Of a DNA stretch of 64,000 bases, positions 11,590-23,178 are shown piece by piece. The DNA is from Lingula anatina (Eukaryota; Animalia; Brachiopoda). The position numbers and the translations under genes were made by a program. The DNA is taken from NCBI GenBank assembly GCA_051362555.1, contig CM120645.1, positions 17,422,001 through 17,486,000 on the forward strand, read 5' to 3'. Position 1 is the first letter of the stretch. Each line of letters opens with the position of its first letter. The notes under the pieces were generated by a model that saw only the letters and a program-made list of their open reading frames with translations, was not told the DNA's origin and did no database searches.

Positions 11590-14278
11590 TAGTCCGGTGG
11601 CTTAAGGAAAAAATCGTGACACGGCGGATAAAAGCACTAAAATTTGCATGTGGGTACCTTTTGACATACTTAATCAAATTAGAGCCGTAGCACACGGTAA
11701 AAAATTACCGTTTGGCCAAAAAATCCAAAATGGCCGCCAATTTATGGAATTCTATAGAAATGTGTACGTATCTATGTTGATTTTTATCAAATAAATTATT
11801 TACTCAGAGTTTTCCACACCCTTATAACCCATTTTATTCATATATGTCAGATAGCAAACAAGTTCCCTTGGACTTATGAAAAAATCCAAGATGGCTGTCA
11901 TATGCCATAGAAACAGCCATAGGAATACTAGTGCACAACTAATACCAGCTAGACAGATACGTTGTCCGCTATCAAATTAAGTTTGTTTCTCAGATTTTTG
12001 TTACCCACATAATATGTTTGTGGTGAGTAACTACGAAGTGTTCTTGGGCATTTCGGAAAATCCAAGATGGCTGCCATGTGCCACAGGAATTCTAGTATAC
12101 GGGGGATTCAACTAATGGCAACTGGAAAGATTAATTTTCCACTATCAAATTAAGTTTGTTTCTGGATGTTTTCCACATCCTTTCCACCCACACAATATGT
12201 ATGTGGTGAGTAACTAACATGTATTCCTGGGCATTTTGAGAAAATCCAAGATGGCCGCCATATGTCATAGGAATACTAGTACTTCTAGTGTTACAAAGGG
12301 TTGGAACTAATGCCAGCTAATTCACTATCAAATTCAGTTTATTTATTTTTAGTGTTTTACAGATAATTATTACATTGTGATACATATCTAGCAGGTAATA
12401 AATGTGCATATTTGATCATTTTGAGAAAATCCAAGATGGACGTCATTGGCCATAGGAATACTACTGGAATTACAACTGCACATCCATGGCTTTTCATCTA
12501 CTACCAGGGTGAAATTGTGTTTGCTTATCATGTTTTGCCCATCTTTATTAGTCCTATGATATATATCTGGTGGGTAAATAGTGTACATCCTTGGATATTC
12601 TGAGAAAATCCAAGATAGCTACAATTTGACATAGGAATACAAATGGGCGGGTTTCAAATGGTGCTAGAGAGGCATATGGTTTATTATACAATTACATTAC
12701 CATGGGTTTGTTTTAAAAATAATATATGTTTTTCATTCCATTTATTATTACTCCTATGATGTATACCTGGTCTGTAGCATGTGTGTATCTTTGGGTATTC
12801 TGGAAAAAATTCAAGATGTCTGCCTTTTATCATTAGAATATTCGAACACATAATCAAATAATGCCAGAGATACAATGAATACAATTTAAATGCAGTTAAC
12901 TTTAGATCATTTTTAAATGTTTTTCATATCCTATTTATCCTTATGAAAGACTCCGTGTGTGTAGAAAGTGTATGTATCCTTGAGTATTATTCGGAGAAAA
13001 CCCAAGATAGCTGCCAGTTGTTATAGGAATATATCATTCAAATGCAAATAGGTGTCAATTAATGGAACAGTTCAGGCATTGATTCCAACATGAAATAGTC
13101 GTTTGATGTTCAAACATGTTGACATCCTTATTAACCTTACTCTATATAAATCTGGTGTGTAGCAAGTGTGCATCTTGCGCATTTGAGAAAATTCAAGATT
13201 GCTGCAATTCACAATAGGAATAGTACATTCAACTACTGCCAGAGAGATATTGGGTTCAATGTAAAATTAATTTTGTTTCTTGGTATTTCCCACATTCTTT
13301 TTGGACTTTGAGATATCTATCTGGTGGGTAACATGTGTATACCCTTAAGTATTTTGACAAAATATCATGATTACCCTCATTTGCCTTAGAAGTGCCTATA
13401 AAATCTAATGCACCAGTTTTCCTATGGGGAAAAGAAGGCCATCTTGGATTTCCCCAAAATGATAAAATATGGACATTAATTACCTAACAGATATGTATCA
13501 TGGGATAATAATACTAAAAAAAACAGAATAACAACTGAATTCAGCTTCATTTTATATGTAAGCCTATCTCCCACAGGTATTAACTGAACCCCACCTTCTA
13601 TGGCTAATGGCAGCCATTTTGTTTTGTTTTCTTTTCAAAAAGGATACACATAACATTCTCATCATATATATATATTACGTGAATTAAAAAGATGTGGAAA
13701 ATACTCAGAAACAAACCTAATTTATCAATTAATATTATATCTCCATGGCAGAAGAAGCCCTATGTGTATACTAGTATTCCTTTGATATGGCGGCCATCTT
13801 GGATTTTCCTCGAAATGCCTGAGAATAAAGGTTAATTACTCACCACAAATATATTATTTGTGTAATAAGAAACAATTAGATAGTGGGCAATGCATCTTCC
13901 TAGTTGGCATTAGTTAGTTGAAAACCTGTGTACATGATCTAGTATTCCTATGCCATATGGCGGCCATCTTGGATTTTTTGAAAAAGTCCAAGGACACTAC
14001 TTTGTTACCTGACACATATGCATAATATGGGTAATAAGGATGTGGAAAACATTGAGAAAATACTTAATTTGATAAAAATCAACATAGGTATGTATGTATT
14101 TCTACAGAATTTCACAAATTGGCGGCCATTTTGGTTTTTTGGCCAAACGGTAAATTTTTTCCGTGGGCTACGGCTCTAATTTGATTTAGTATGTCAAAAG
14201 GTACCCACATGCAAAATTTGGTGCTTTTATCCGCCGTGTCACGATTTGGCCATTTTTTTGCCCTAAGCAACCGGACTA
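11590..14278. mobile_element. 2.7-kb Academ-like non-autonomous foldback element
   Basis: Termini TAGTCCGGT..ACCGGACTA with a 3-bp TSD TAT on both sides. Long TIRs are built of ~160-190-bp subrepeats carrying AAAATCCAAGATGGC(C/T)GCC. TAG..CTA ends plus a 3-bp TSD fit Academ. Confidence 0.8.
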
Positions 14279-14286
14279 TATGGGAC

Positions 14287-15415
14287 CCGGTGTAACATGA
14301 AAATCTGACTCCCATGAAAATCTGACTCCCCCAGTCAGATTTTCATAATGAAAATCTGACTCCCCCCATGAAAATTTGACTCCCCCTCCACAAAACTTCA
14401 TAAATCTTATTTTATTTGAGTATATGACTGTGATCTTGTAGTATGTAAAATGGAGGATACATTGGCACTTTTTTTTAGTTTGCAGGTGAAAATTTTCATG
14501 AAAAAATAAGAAAATTAAAAATGTGCACTTTACCACCCTTTGTCTCCCTTATGAAAAAGCTATTTATTTGATATTGGATAATCATTTCTACATCTTTCCT
14601 TTAAATTTACTTTATGAAGATTATATTGGAAATATTTGAAAGTTTGATGGTAAAATATTGGGTGAAAATACAAAAAAAAAAAAAATGAAAAAATAAGAAA
14701 ATTAAAAATGTGCATTTTATCACCCAATAACTCCCCTATGAAAAAGCTATCTATTTAATATTTGATGATCATTTCAACGCCTTTCCTTAACTTTAACTTT
14801 ATGAAGCTTATATTGGAAATATTTGAAAGACTAGGGGAGTCAAAATCCTACGGCAAATTTATTATCCATTAAAAATCATCAATCCCCATTTTTCATTCAG
14901 CTTTAGGAAAAATGGGAAAAACAACAGCAAATATAATGGGAGTCCATAGGAGTCCAAATCCCATGCATATGAAAATGAAGAATTTCATAAATTATTTTCA
15001 TTTATTTTCACCCAATTTTTTACCATCAAACTTTCAAATAGGGCCTACTTTCAATATATTCTTCATAAAGTATCCTCAAAGAAAAGATGTCAGAATGATA
15101 ATCAAATATCAAATAAATAGCTTTTTCATAGGGGAGTCCTTGGGTGGTAAAATACAAATCTTTAATTTTTTTATTTTTTCATGAAAATTTGCAACTAACA
15201 AAAAGGGCCAATGTGTCCTCCATTATGCATGCTACAAGATCATAGTCATTTACTCAAATTAAATGGATGTTTTTTTTTGGGGGGGGGGGAGTCAAAATTT
15301 CATAGGGGGAGTCTGATTTTCATGGTGAAAATCTGACTGGGGAGTCACATTTTCATAATGAAAATCTGACTGGGGAGTCACTTTTTAGGGGAGTCAGATT
15401 TTCATGGTACACCGG
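14287..15415. mobile_element. 1.13-kb foldback MITE with CCGG termini and a 2-bp TSD (AC)
   Basis: CCGGTGTAACATGAAAATCTGACTCCC ... GGGAGTCAGATTTTCATGGTACACCGG; subterminal ATGAAAATCTGACT repeats; arms are inverted over several hundred bp. Confidence 0.85.
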
Positions 15416-15474
15416 ACGTCCATTCCTGTCACACGGCGCAAGAAGGATATTGAAAACGAGGCGCCCGATGTTGT

Positions 15475-15650
15475 TGGTCAGGGTCAGGGCCATTTGATAA
15501 ATCTATCGCAGTAGAAGCATATAAGTGATCCAGCGGACGTGACTTCTCTCTTGTCTACTTATCACATTTGTGCCAGCAGGAACACTAACTCCTCAAGAAC
15601 GTGGAACAGCGCGTTAAATTTATAATATATGCTTTGCACAGACGTCAATC
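15475..15650 (+). promoter_or_regulatory. Candidate CYP4 promoter and non-coding first exon
   Basis: Non-repetitive island between two TEs. It contains TGGTCA-GGGTCA nuclear-receptor-like half sites (15475-15486), GATA motifs, a TATA-like CATATAAG at about 15518 and a consensus donor |gtaagt at 15651. Coding exon 1 has an acceptor 6 nt before its ATG, so some upstream exon is required. Confidence 0.4.
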
Positions 15651-15764
15651 GTAAGTGTATAGATCTTTATATACTATTTTTATGTTCTTTTATTGGCACT
15701 GCCTTCCAAGTTGAAGTCAGCGTTGTATTGTGCCGTACAGCTTTATCTGCTCTGTGCATTAGTA

Positions 15765-18061
15765 CCGGTGTCACGTGAAGAAACCGTCGTCGTGAATAAA
15801 CCGTTCTGACGGATTATTCACGCGGGGGTAGCAGTCCGTGAATAAACCGTCGTCGTGAATAAACCGTCGTGCCGCGCTGGTCATGCTGCTTACCTGGCCA
15901 TTGTTCTCCGGTTTTATTACGCAATTTGGAGGCACTGTACAGTGCACATATATCCCCACATATATATATATATCACACCTTACCTGGTTATTGTTCTCAA
16001 GATACACCAATTAGGCCCTACTACAGCTGTTGTAAGAACCTAGATGAGATCGTTCAAATTTTGTCCTTTGTATTGTGGGTCAAGTTTATCTGTTAGTGTT
16101 AGGTATAAATAATTTTGTTTAGCTACTATTTATGCATTTTTTTTTTACTTTATGTTAATAATATTTTGGTCTGTCTTGCCGAAGTAGTTTATTGCGGTAA
16201 CCGTAGACAGCAACCAGATCCTAAAACAATTAAGACGAGAGAACTTTTAACCAACATACCTGGGTAGCCTTGTGAGTACACAGATTGTTGATATTTAAGA
16301 AATCCCTTAAAGAATTTTCAGTTGACTTCCATGCCAACTTCAGGAATATATTTGAAAAATAGAGATTTAAAGTTAAGAAGTAGGCCCTATTTATTGATAC
16401 AGACAAAAATCGCAATTAAATGTAATTTAATGTTTTTTCCATTCAATTCTAGTGCCAAATGAGACTTGGATGAATTTTTGAGATCATGTATGGTATATGT
16501 CCACCAATTAAAACTAGTCATTTCGTGTCCATTACTTGTCATGTGTTTTGTAATCATTGCAATATTAAATGAACTTCGTTGTCTTCATGTTTTACATATA
16601 AAGAACCAGTATTATCCTCAGCAAAAAAAAAAAAAAAAAAAAACTGTATAAAAATCAAACTCAATTTATTGTTATATTTCTCATTGCTTTATCACAACAT
16701 GAATGATAAATGTTCACATATTTTCAAAAAAAAAAAAAAAAAACAATAATAATAATAATAATAATAATAACTTCTAAACAGATATCAAACATCTTTTTGA
16801 CACATATTACAACATGACAAAATGTGGCCAAAATTTCTTTTCAGCCATCATTCAAATGTTTTCATAATTTTCTTAATTTTGCGCACAATTTTGTACAGTT
16901 TTCAACCTTTTTGAAACAATATGTTAAGGATAAATTTACATTTCAGAAAATGTTTTAGACTTTTGTTCCCACCAGACGTTGATAAAACATCCTTAAATGT
17001 AATTGTAATATTTCTTATTTTTTTTATATTTTTCCAAGTTTTTAATGGCGCTATTTCCATGTACCCTAGGTTCTAGATTTAGGTTTTGCCAAATCGATCT
17101 TGATTTCATATATAGCACACATCAGCGATACACCGTAAAGCTAACACATGAAAAGGTTTATTAAAAAAGCTAGCTTTATAGTGTCCTGACCCTCAGGGCA
17201 TTCCTATGTGGTTTTCTAGAAATTTTAAAATGTGCTAATGTTTAAGATTAGCAAAATTAAAAAAGAACACAGTATATTATACAAAATACAAAATGTTTAT
17301 TTGGTGATGTGAAAATATAAAACAATTACAACAAGTAATCATCACAATACACACAAACACACACTATAATTTTAAGCTATTTTCTTCTGCCAATCAATCT
17401 GAACAATGAAATAAAATAAATGTGTTAAAGCTTTATGATATAAAAAAACTGACTTGAAGGTGGACTGTTGGGAATGCATCGACCTTCTCACTTTGGACGT
17501 GTAACACACCTGTGAACATATCTAAAATTATATAATGGGCATTCATACGAGTCTTACGACGACTTTATGCAAACGCAGTCACATTCACGACACTGACAAA
17601 GTTGACTTACAGCACGTAGCTACATATGTATTTCCAACATTTCGCCGTAGAGGAAATTATATTATTGTCAAACACACACTTTCTCTCGACAACAATTACT
17701 GAACTCTAAACTGAAAGAACGTTGTAGTGTGAAAACATTTATACTACGAGTCTTACTACAACTTCATCACAGAACAAAACAGTTCAGTCACGATCACAAT
17801 CTCAGTAATAAGGGCTGTGTCACACGCTTCCTTTGGTGTTTATATAAAACTTTTTCAACATTCCTCCGTGGAGTTTATTATAAGATTAACAAATACATAC
17901 TCTCTCATGGCAAAAACCACTGAATTAGGAATTGAAAGGTCACTAGTTCCAAAAATACCTACGACGATATCGTCATACCGGCAGTCCGTTCTTTCAATCT
18001 ACACTCAATGCGCATGTGCAGAACGGTTTCGTCACGGCACGGGTCTATCATGCCACACCGG
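15765..18061. mobile_element. 2.3-kb CCGG-ended element with imperfect TIRs and a 2-bp TSD (TA)
   Basis: Left end CCGGTGTCACGTGAAGAAACCGTCGTCGTGAATAAACCGTTCTG; right end CAGAACGGTTTCGTCACGGCACGGGTCTATCATGCCACACCGG; TA on both flanks; GTGAATAAACCGTCGTC subterminal repeats. Confidence 0.6.
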
Positions 18062-19768
18062 TATATTGTTAACCAATGCAGGAAAATACACACAGAAAAT
18101 GTCGAAAATCATTTTACTAGTGCCAAATTACTACATGTATCAGAAATCTACATGTATTTGTACCATTCTGGCATTGTGAAAGCTATGCGTGATTGCCATC
18201 TTCATTGGGCTTAATGCAAGGAAAGTCGGTCCATGTTTGGTCATATAGCACATATATGTGAGAGGAGGTGAAAGAGATGATTTGGTAATCACTTTATTGG
18301 AAGTTGGCCAAATAATAGTCTGAGCTCTTGCAGATCAATATTAATAATCTTTTAATCAATGTCAGTCCATGTTAAGACCATTTCCAATATGATTAATACC
18401 ATGTAAGATTATTTGTGATCTGAGGTTGCAGAGTAAGACCATCTTGGGCACACTGGTGTAAATTGTGATATGGTGGAGAAAAAAGTGCAATGTTGCAATG
18501 CTCATGCAATAGTCAAAATTCAAATTTAAATGTGAAATATTGAATTAACTAGTAGAGATTCTTCCATAGTTACTAATGAACTTGAATAAGAAGGCACATA
18601 CTATAAAATAAAATATGACCTAGCTTGAATGTTATCTTTGACTTAGTTATGTCTTCTCTTTATAAGTGTCTACATCACCAAGGCCCCCTATGACCAAGGC
18701 TTCCATTACGTTTACCCAATATTTATGATGGATATATTTATGTTTTTTTCTGTGTTGACTGACCACGATAATGAACCATACAATTAACATACAGTGGTTC
18801 TTCACATTGCAGTACCTTTGGACGTATATTAATTGTCATTCTTTTGCGAAGTTTTTGTTTTTCCAATTGATAGTTTAGAGAAGGTTTGTATTTCATTAAC
18901 TTATTATTGAGTCTATACCTTGGTGTTTCCCATGTGCTGCCTGAGTTACTGGTCAATGGATGCATTTTCATGGGCGTAACAGCCATTACAATATAAAATA
19001 TGGCAGAATTAACAACTCTTTATAGTTCTGAAATTATGGTTTATTTTTGTTTGTTATCATCCCTTCTCTGTTGATAATCCAGCTGGTGGTACATACGCAA
19101 GAGATGGTATTGTCTCTCAGATTCCTGTGTGTGTGTGTGTGTGGAGGGGGGGGGGGCTGGTTCAAGTTTCTTTGTCCCCCAAATTTCTAAACAAGGGGCC
19201 CACTATCCCCCAGTTTTCAAAATCCAGATGCAACCCTGGATCAACCTCAGTCTTGTAAAGGGGATGCATATAGACAAATGTACAGTGCATAACTGATCTG
19301 AAATAGATCTGAGCCAAAATCATGAAATATGCTGGAGTGTATATTTCTTTAATTTTAATTGGAAGTTGATTAGGATATTTTATGTTTTCCTGGCAGGGAG
19401 GGTGTGTGCTAACTGTTTCTTAATATCAAATTTTCTAATTCTTATACTAGATACATATTTTTCAACTGTATGAAATTATCATTTTGCATTTAAAATTGAT
19501 CTGGTCTTTAACTGGCCAAATATTTCTGAAGTTTTTCCCTTGTACACAGATTGGCTATCAATTTGAAAGGCACACAAACAAATTAAATGGCAATTGAAGC
19601 AGTTGTAAGACAACACACACTTATAGATTACAATAATAACCTTAAAGCTGTGACAAAAAAAAGTAAAGAAAAGAAAAGATCAACAATGATTTAATTCATT
19701 TTTTTAAAATGAACTCCATGAAATCATTGTACACAGTTTGACTCATTCATGATGGATCCAAGTGTGCT

Positions 19769-19842
19769 GACATGTGTCCCACATATTGACCCGGACATGT
19801 GTCCCACATATTGACCCGGACATGTGTCCCACATATTGACCC
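19769..19842. repeat. Minisatellite, 25 bp x 3
   Basis: GACATGTGTCCCACATATTGACCCG repeated at 19769, 19794 and 19819. Confidence 0.95.
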
Positions 19843-20158
19843 AGCAGACTTTAGAATTAGGCAGATCTGTAGGTACCCTTGGAGTGGTTGGAGATAAGTG
19901 GGTCAGTATGTAATTATGATGTTTACATTGTGTCTAAAGAAGCTAACCCGTAGTGAAGTTTATATAAAAATGATCCATTTTGTGAAAAGCAGTAGATACA
20001 CTCAATAACATTGAATATGATAACTAAGAGAGAAAAGTTTGCATTACCCTTGTCTGCAGCATTATCCTAGCTTGTTGATATGTCTGGGTCAGCACCATCA
20101 ACAGAGAGTGAAACAAGCCTATATATTAACAGAAATGCCTACTTTTTTGTATCTATAA

Positions 20159-20415
20159 GGCTTCGTTCACATGCAATGTCTATTTTCTAAATTCTATTTT
20201 CTATTCGCGCTATCTTATGATCACGGTCTGTGCACTGAATATCCCGCCGCGTAATTACTGGCAGCGCGAGCCAGTTACTATAAGTTACTATAAGTAACTG
20301 GCTCGCGCTGCCAGTAATTACGCGGCGGGATATTCAGTGCACAGACCGTGATCATAAGACATGCCGCAAATAGAAAATAGAATTTAGAAAATAGACATTG
20401 CATGTGAACGAAGCC
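20159..20415. mobile_element. 257-bp near-perfect palindromic PIF/Harbinger MITE
   Basis: TIR GGCTTCGTTCACATG.., TSD TAA on both sides; arms of about 120 bp pair almost completely around a ~10-nt centre. Confidence 0.9.
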
Positions 20416-20535
20416 TAAGTGTTACTGTTGAGCAAAGATTTCCCCAGAGAGCCGTCCAGCCGTCATTTAGGAGGCCATTTGCTCCTCAAAAGACACCCCA
20501 TATTTCCAAAGAGGGCTGGATGGCCACAAGTTTTA

Positions 20536-20749
20536 GGGTGCATTCCCATAGATTTTAGATCGCTCTATCCCCATGGGGGGTCTCACTGGATTACTGTCAG
20601 ATAATCCGGCTTAAATGTCCGTCCCGCCTACTACAAGCTGTAAGGTGGTAATTAACTTTCGTGCCCGCTCGGCTGACAGCTATTTAGCGTGAACCCCCGG
20701 GGAGTTAGGACGATCTAGTTGGATCAATCTGATCTCTGGGAATGGGTTC
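20536..20749. mobile_element. PIF/Harbinger (Tourist-like) MITE, CATTCCCA family
   Basis: TTA|GGGTGCATTCCCATAGATTTTAGATCG ... GATCTCTGGGAATGGGTTC|TTA. Related copies at about 22596-22853, 24154-24255 (partial), 33949-34157, 36400-36535 (partial) and 58300-58513 (TAA TSD). Confidence 0.8.
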
Positions 20750-21121
20750 TTAGAGCTAACATGGGTTGGACACCTTTTAAACTTCTTGTCGTCTACTGTA
20801 TGCGACATACAAGAGTAAATTGTATTGTAGCAATGCAGCTAGGTATAATTATGCTGTTGTATATCACATATAGTTTAGGACTTGTGTTGTAACTTAAGTA
20901 CTTATTGCTACTGTTTGTCAGCATGGATGAGCAACAGTGGTTGTATCCTAGTGTCATTAACACCATTATTGCAAATTATACAATATGCTTATTTAGGCAC
21001 TGGCAGTAACCATGGTTTTAGTCCTCACCCATCTCCTCTGCTATATTTGCTGTGTCTACCAACAGCTTTTGCCATATAAACAGTCACTGATCAGTGAAAG
21101 TCAAAATAGGACCTTCAATCC

Positions 21122-21124
<3 letters not shown>

Positions 21125-21188
<64 letters not shown>
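21125..21188. repeat. (TA)n microsatellite
   Basis: Read directly from the sequence. Confidence 0.95.
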
Positions 21189-21192
<4 letters not shown>

Positions 21193-21885
21193 CCTGACAG
21201 CGCCGATAGACAAGAAGGCAATTTTCATATCTTCAGAGGGAGATTGTTTTCGTGATCTGAGCAAGACAAGAAGGCAATTTTCATATTTGTTCAAGGGACT
21301 ATGTTGGAGGTGGATCATAAACGGGAGATCTGAGCAAAATGGAGAAGGCAATTTTCATATCTTTATTGTCAGCAGAGTTGTTACCGATGATTTTAAACCC
21401 CCTCCCCCCTTTGAATTTTTAAAACATATTTTTCATTTTATTTTGTTTATAGCACTTGGCAAAGTTGAACTCCCTGTGAATATGTAGGAAGTTACAGATT
21501 ATAATTTTGGACGGCGGCCGGCCTACCACCCAATCCTGGGATAAGCCCTGCATGCAACATACGTTGCTAATTAAGTGTGTACTAGTATATGCTGCGTCCA
21601 GTTTATCATGTAAAATTGCAATTAGGCTTATCTTGACCCCTCTCTTCTATCTGGAGGTATGTTTCTTTACCAGAAAACTATTCACAACTTACTTTGGGGT
21701 AAGTTGATATAACAAAACTGAGGTGCACTAATGAATATATTATTATTTGCTGCCAGAAAATGTCTTTGTGCCTAGGACATATTTTTGATGTGACCACATT
21801 TATCTCATCACATGAAAATGCCAAGTTGATTAGGAAGTAGATCCTATAGTATTGATCCTGTTAGTATTGATCTCCCTTAGAGACC

Positions 21886-22592
21886 TTGCCTCAGTTTTCG
21901 GCCTTACAAGCTCACGGTACCCTTACCACTAATAAGGCCTTATAGCAGTATGTACAAAAACCTTGAGACACTTAAGTACCTTGAAATGTCCACGTTCTGA
22001 CAATCTCTGTGGGTCTTTCGTTGCACCTCGTAGTATGTATATCCAATTAAAAGCGTTTTCGTGTACCTTCAGGCACGATGTTCATAAAGTTTTGGTCTTT
22101 TTATTTCAGCTTCCTACTGCAGTGACACAACAGCACGCCATATTGTCGAACACTCGCGGAAAGGGCGACCAGTTTTTCAAGGTTGACCTCGAAATGGAGT
22201 TGACCTGTTTCATATATTTCCAATGTAAACTTTTAGCGCCCTCGCCTATTGTACTAACCCTTGGGTGACAAGTTGTGAAGAATGGTGTTTGATCCATGTA
22301 GGCGACCTCCAGTTTATAATGTTTTACAAGCATTTGACCATCCATTTGCGCTTCTGTCGAATTTGGCCTACCTTTGCCTTAAAACCTACATGAATAAATA
22401 TTTGAGAAATTTTAAAATTAAAGTATTTTATAGCAATATTTACATACTACGAGGTGCAACGGAAGACCCACAGAGATTGTCAGAATGTTGACATTTCAAG
22501 GCACTTAAGTGTCTCAAGGTTTTTGTACATACTGCTGAGGCCTTACCAGCGGTAAGGGTACCGTGAGCTTGTAAGGCCGAAAACTGAGGCAA
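21886..22592. mobile_element. 707-bp Mutator-like MITE with ~165-bp TIRs and a 9-bp TSD
   Basis: TTGCCTCAGTTTTCGGCCTTACAAGCTCACGG.. / ..CCGTGAGCTTGTAAGGCCGAAAACTGAGGCAA; TTAGAGACC is duplicated at 21877-21885 and 22593-22601. Confidence 0.85.
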
Positions 22593-22965
22593 TTAGAGAC
22601 CATTCCCAGAGCCTATTGTACTAACTTTGGATCGATCTATCTCCAAGGGGATTCTTGCTAAATTGCTAACTAGTTCTAAAGCAGCTTAGATGACTAGCAC
22701 GCCCAGCTGTTAGAGTCTAATTAACTATCATATTTTAGCGGCTTCAGTAGGCATGCCAGACATCTGAGCTGTTTTAGCTAAAAGCAATTTAGCGAGAAAC
22801 CCCTTGGAGATGGGTTGATCCAGTTAGATCGATCAGGGCATGGGAACCCAGTCCTAAACCATTTGCCAATGCAAATGCAACTACCCCCCATCCTGGTGTT
22901 GAATTTGTCTCAAAAATTTTTTGTATCAGCATTTAATTTTTCAAGTATTATCTTTACAGATCAAG

Positions 22966-23178
22966 ATGGTTATAGATGCACTGTCGTCCTACTTACTCCT
23001 GGACATGCCATGGTCAATCAACATTTCGACAATCTTCAGAACAATTTTTGTGCTTGTACTGTGTTTTATGGTTTATAAGGTCTACCAATTCATCGCTTAT
23101 GTGGCTCTACAACATAGGACTTTATCACAGTTTGATAGTTACGAGGATTTTCATTGGTGGTATGGATCACTAAAAGGG
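22966..23178 (+). CDS. CYP4: CYP4 coding exon 1 (membrane anchor)
   Basis: Acceptor tctttacag at 22959 implies an upstream non-coding exon. ATG at 22966: [71 protein letters not shown]|gtaagt, phase 0. Confidence 0.85.

Larger units (their letters stand above)
11469..15436. mobile_element. Small CCGG-ended element hosting two large nested insertions
   Basis: CCGGTGTGACAGGAATGG (11469-11486) and CCATTCCTGTCACAC-GG (15420-15436) are inverted termini. Internal CTAACCCTAAC motif at about 11565. Confidence 0.7.

Noticed and set aside
21012-21351. ORFs with (IY)n repeats
   Set aside because: Translation of a (TA)n microsatellite.
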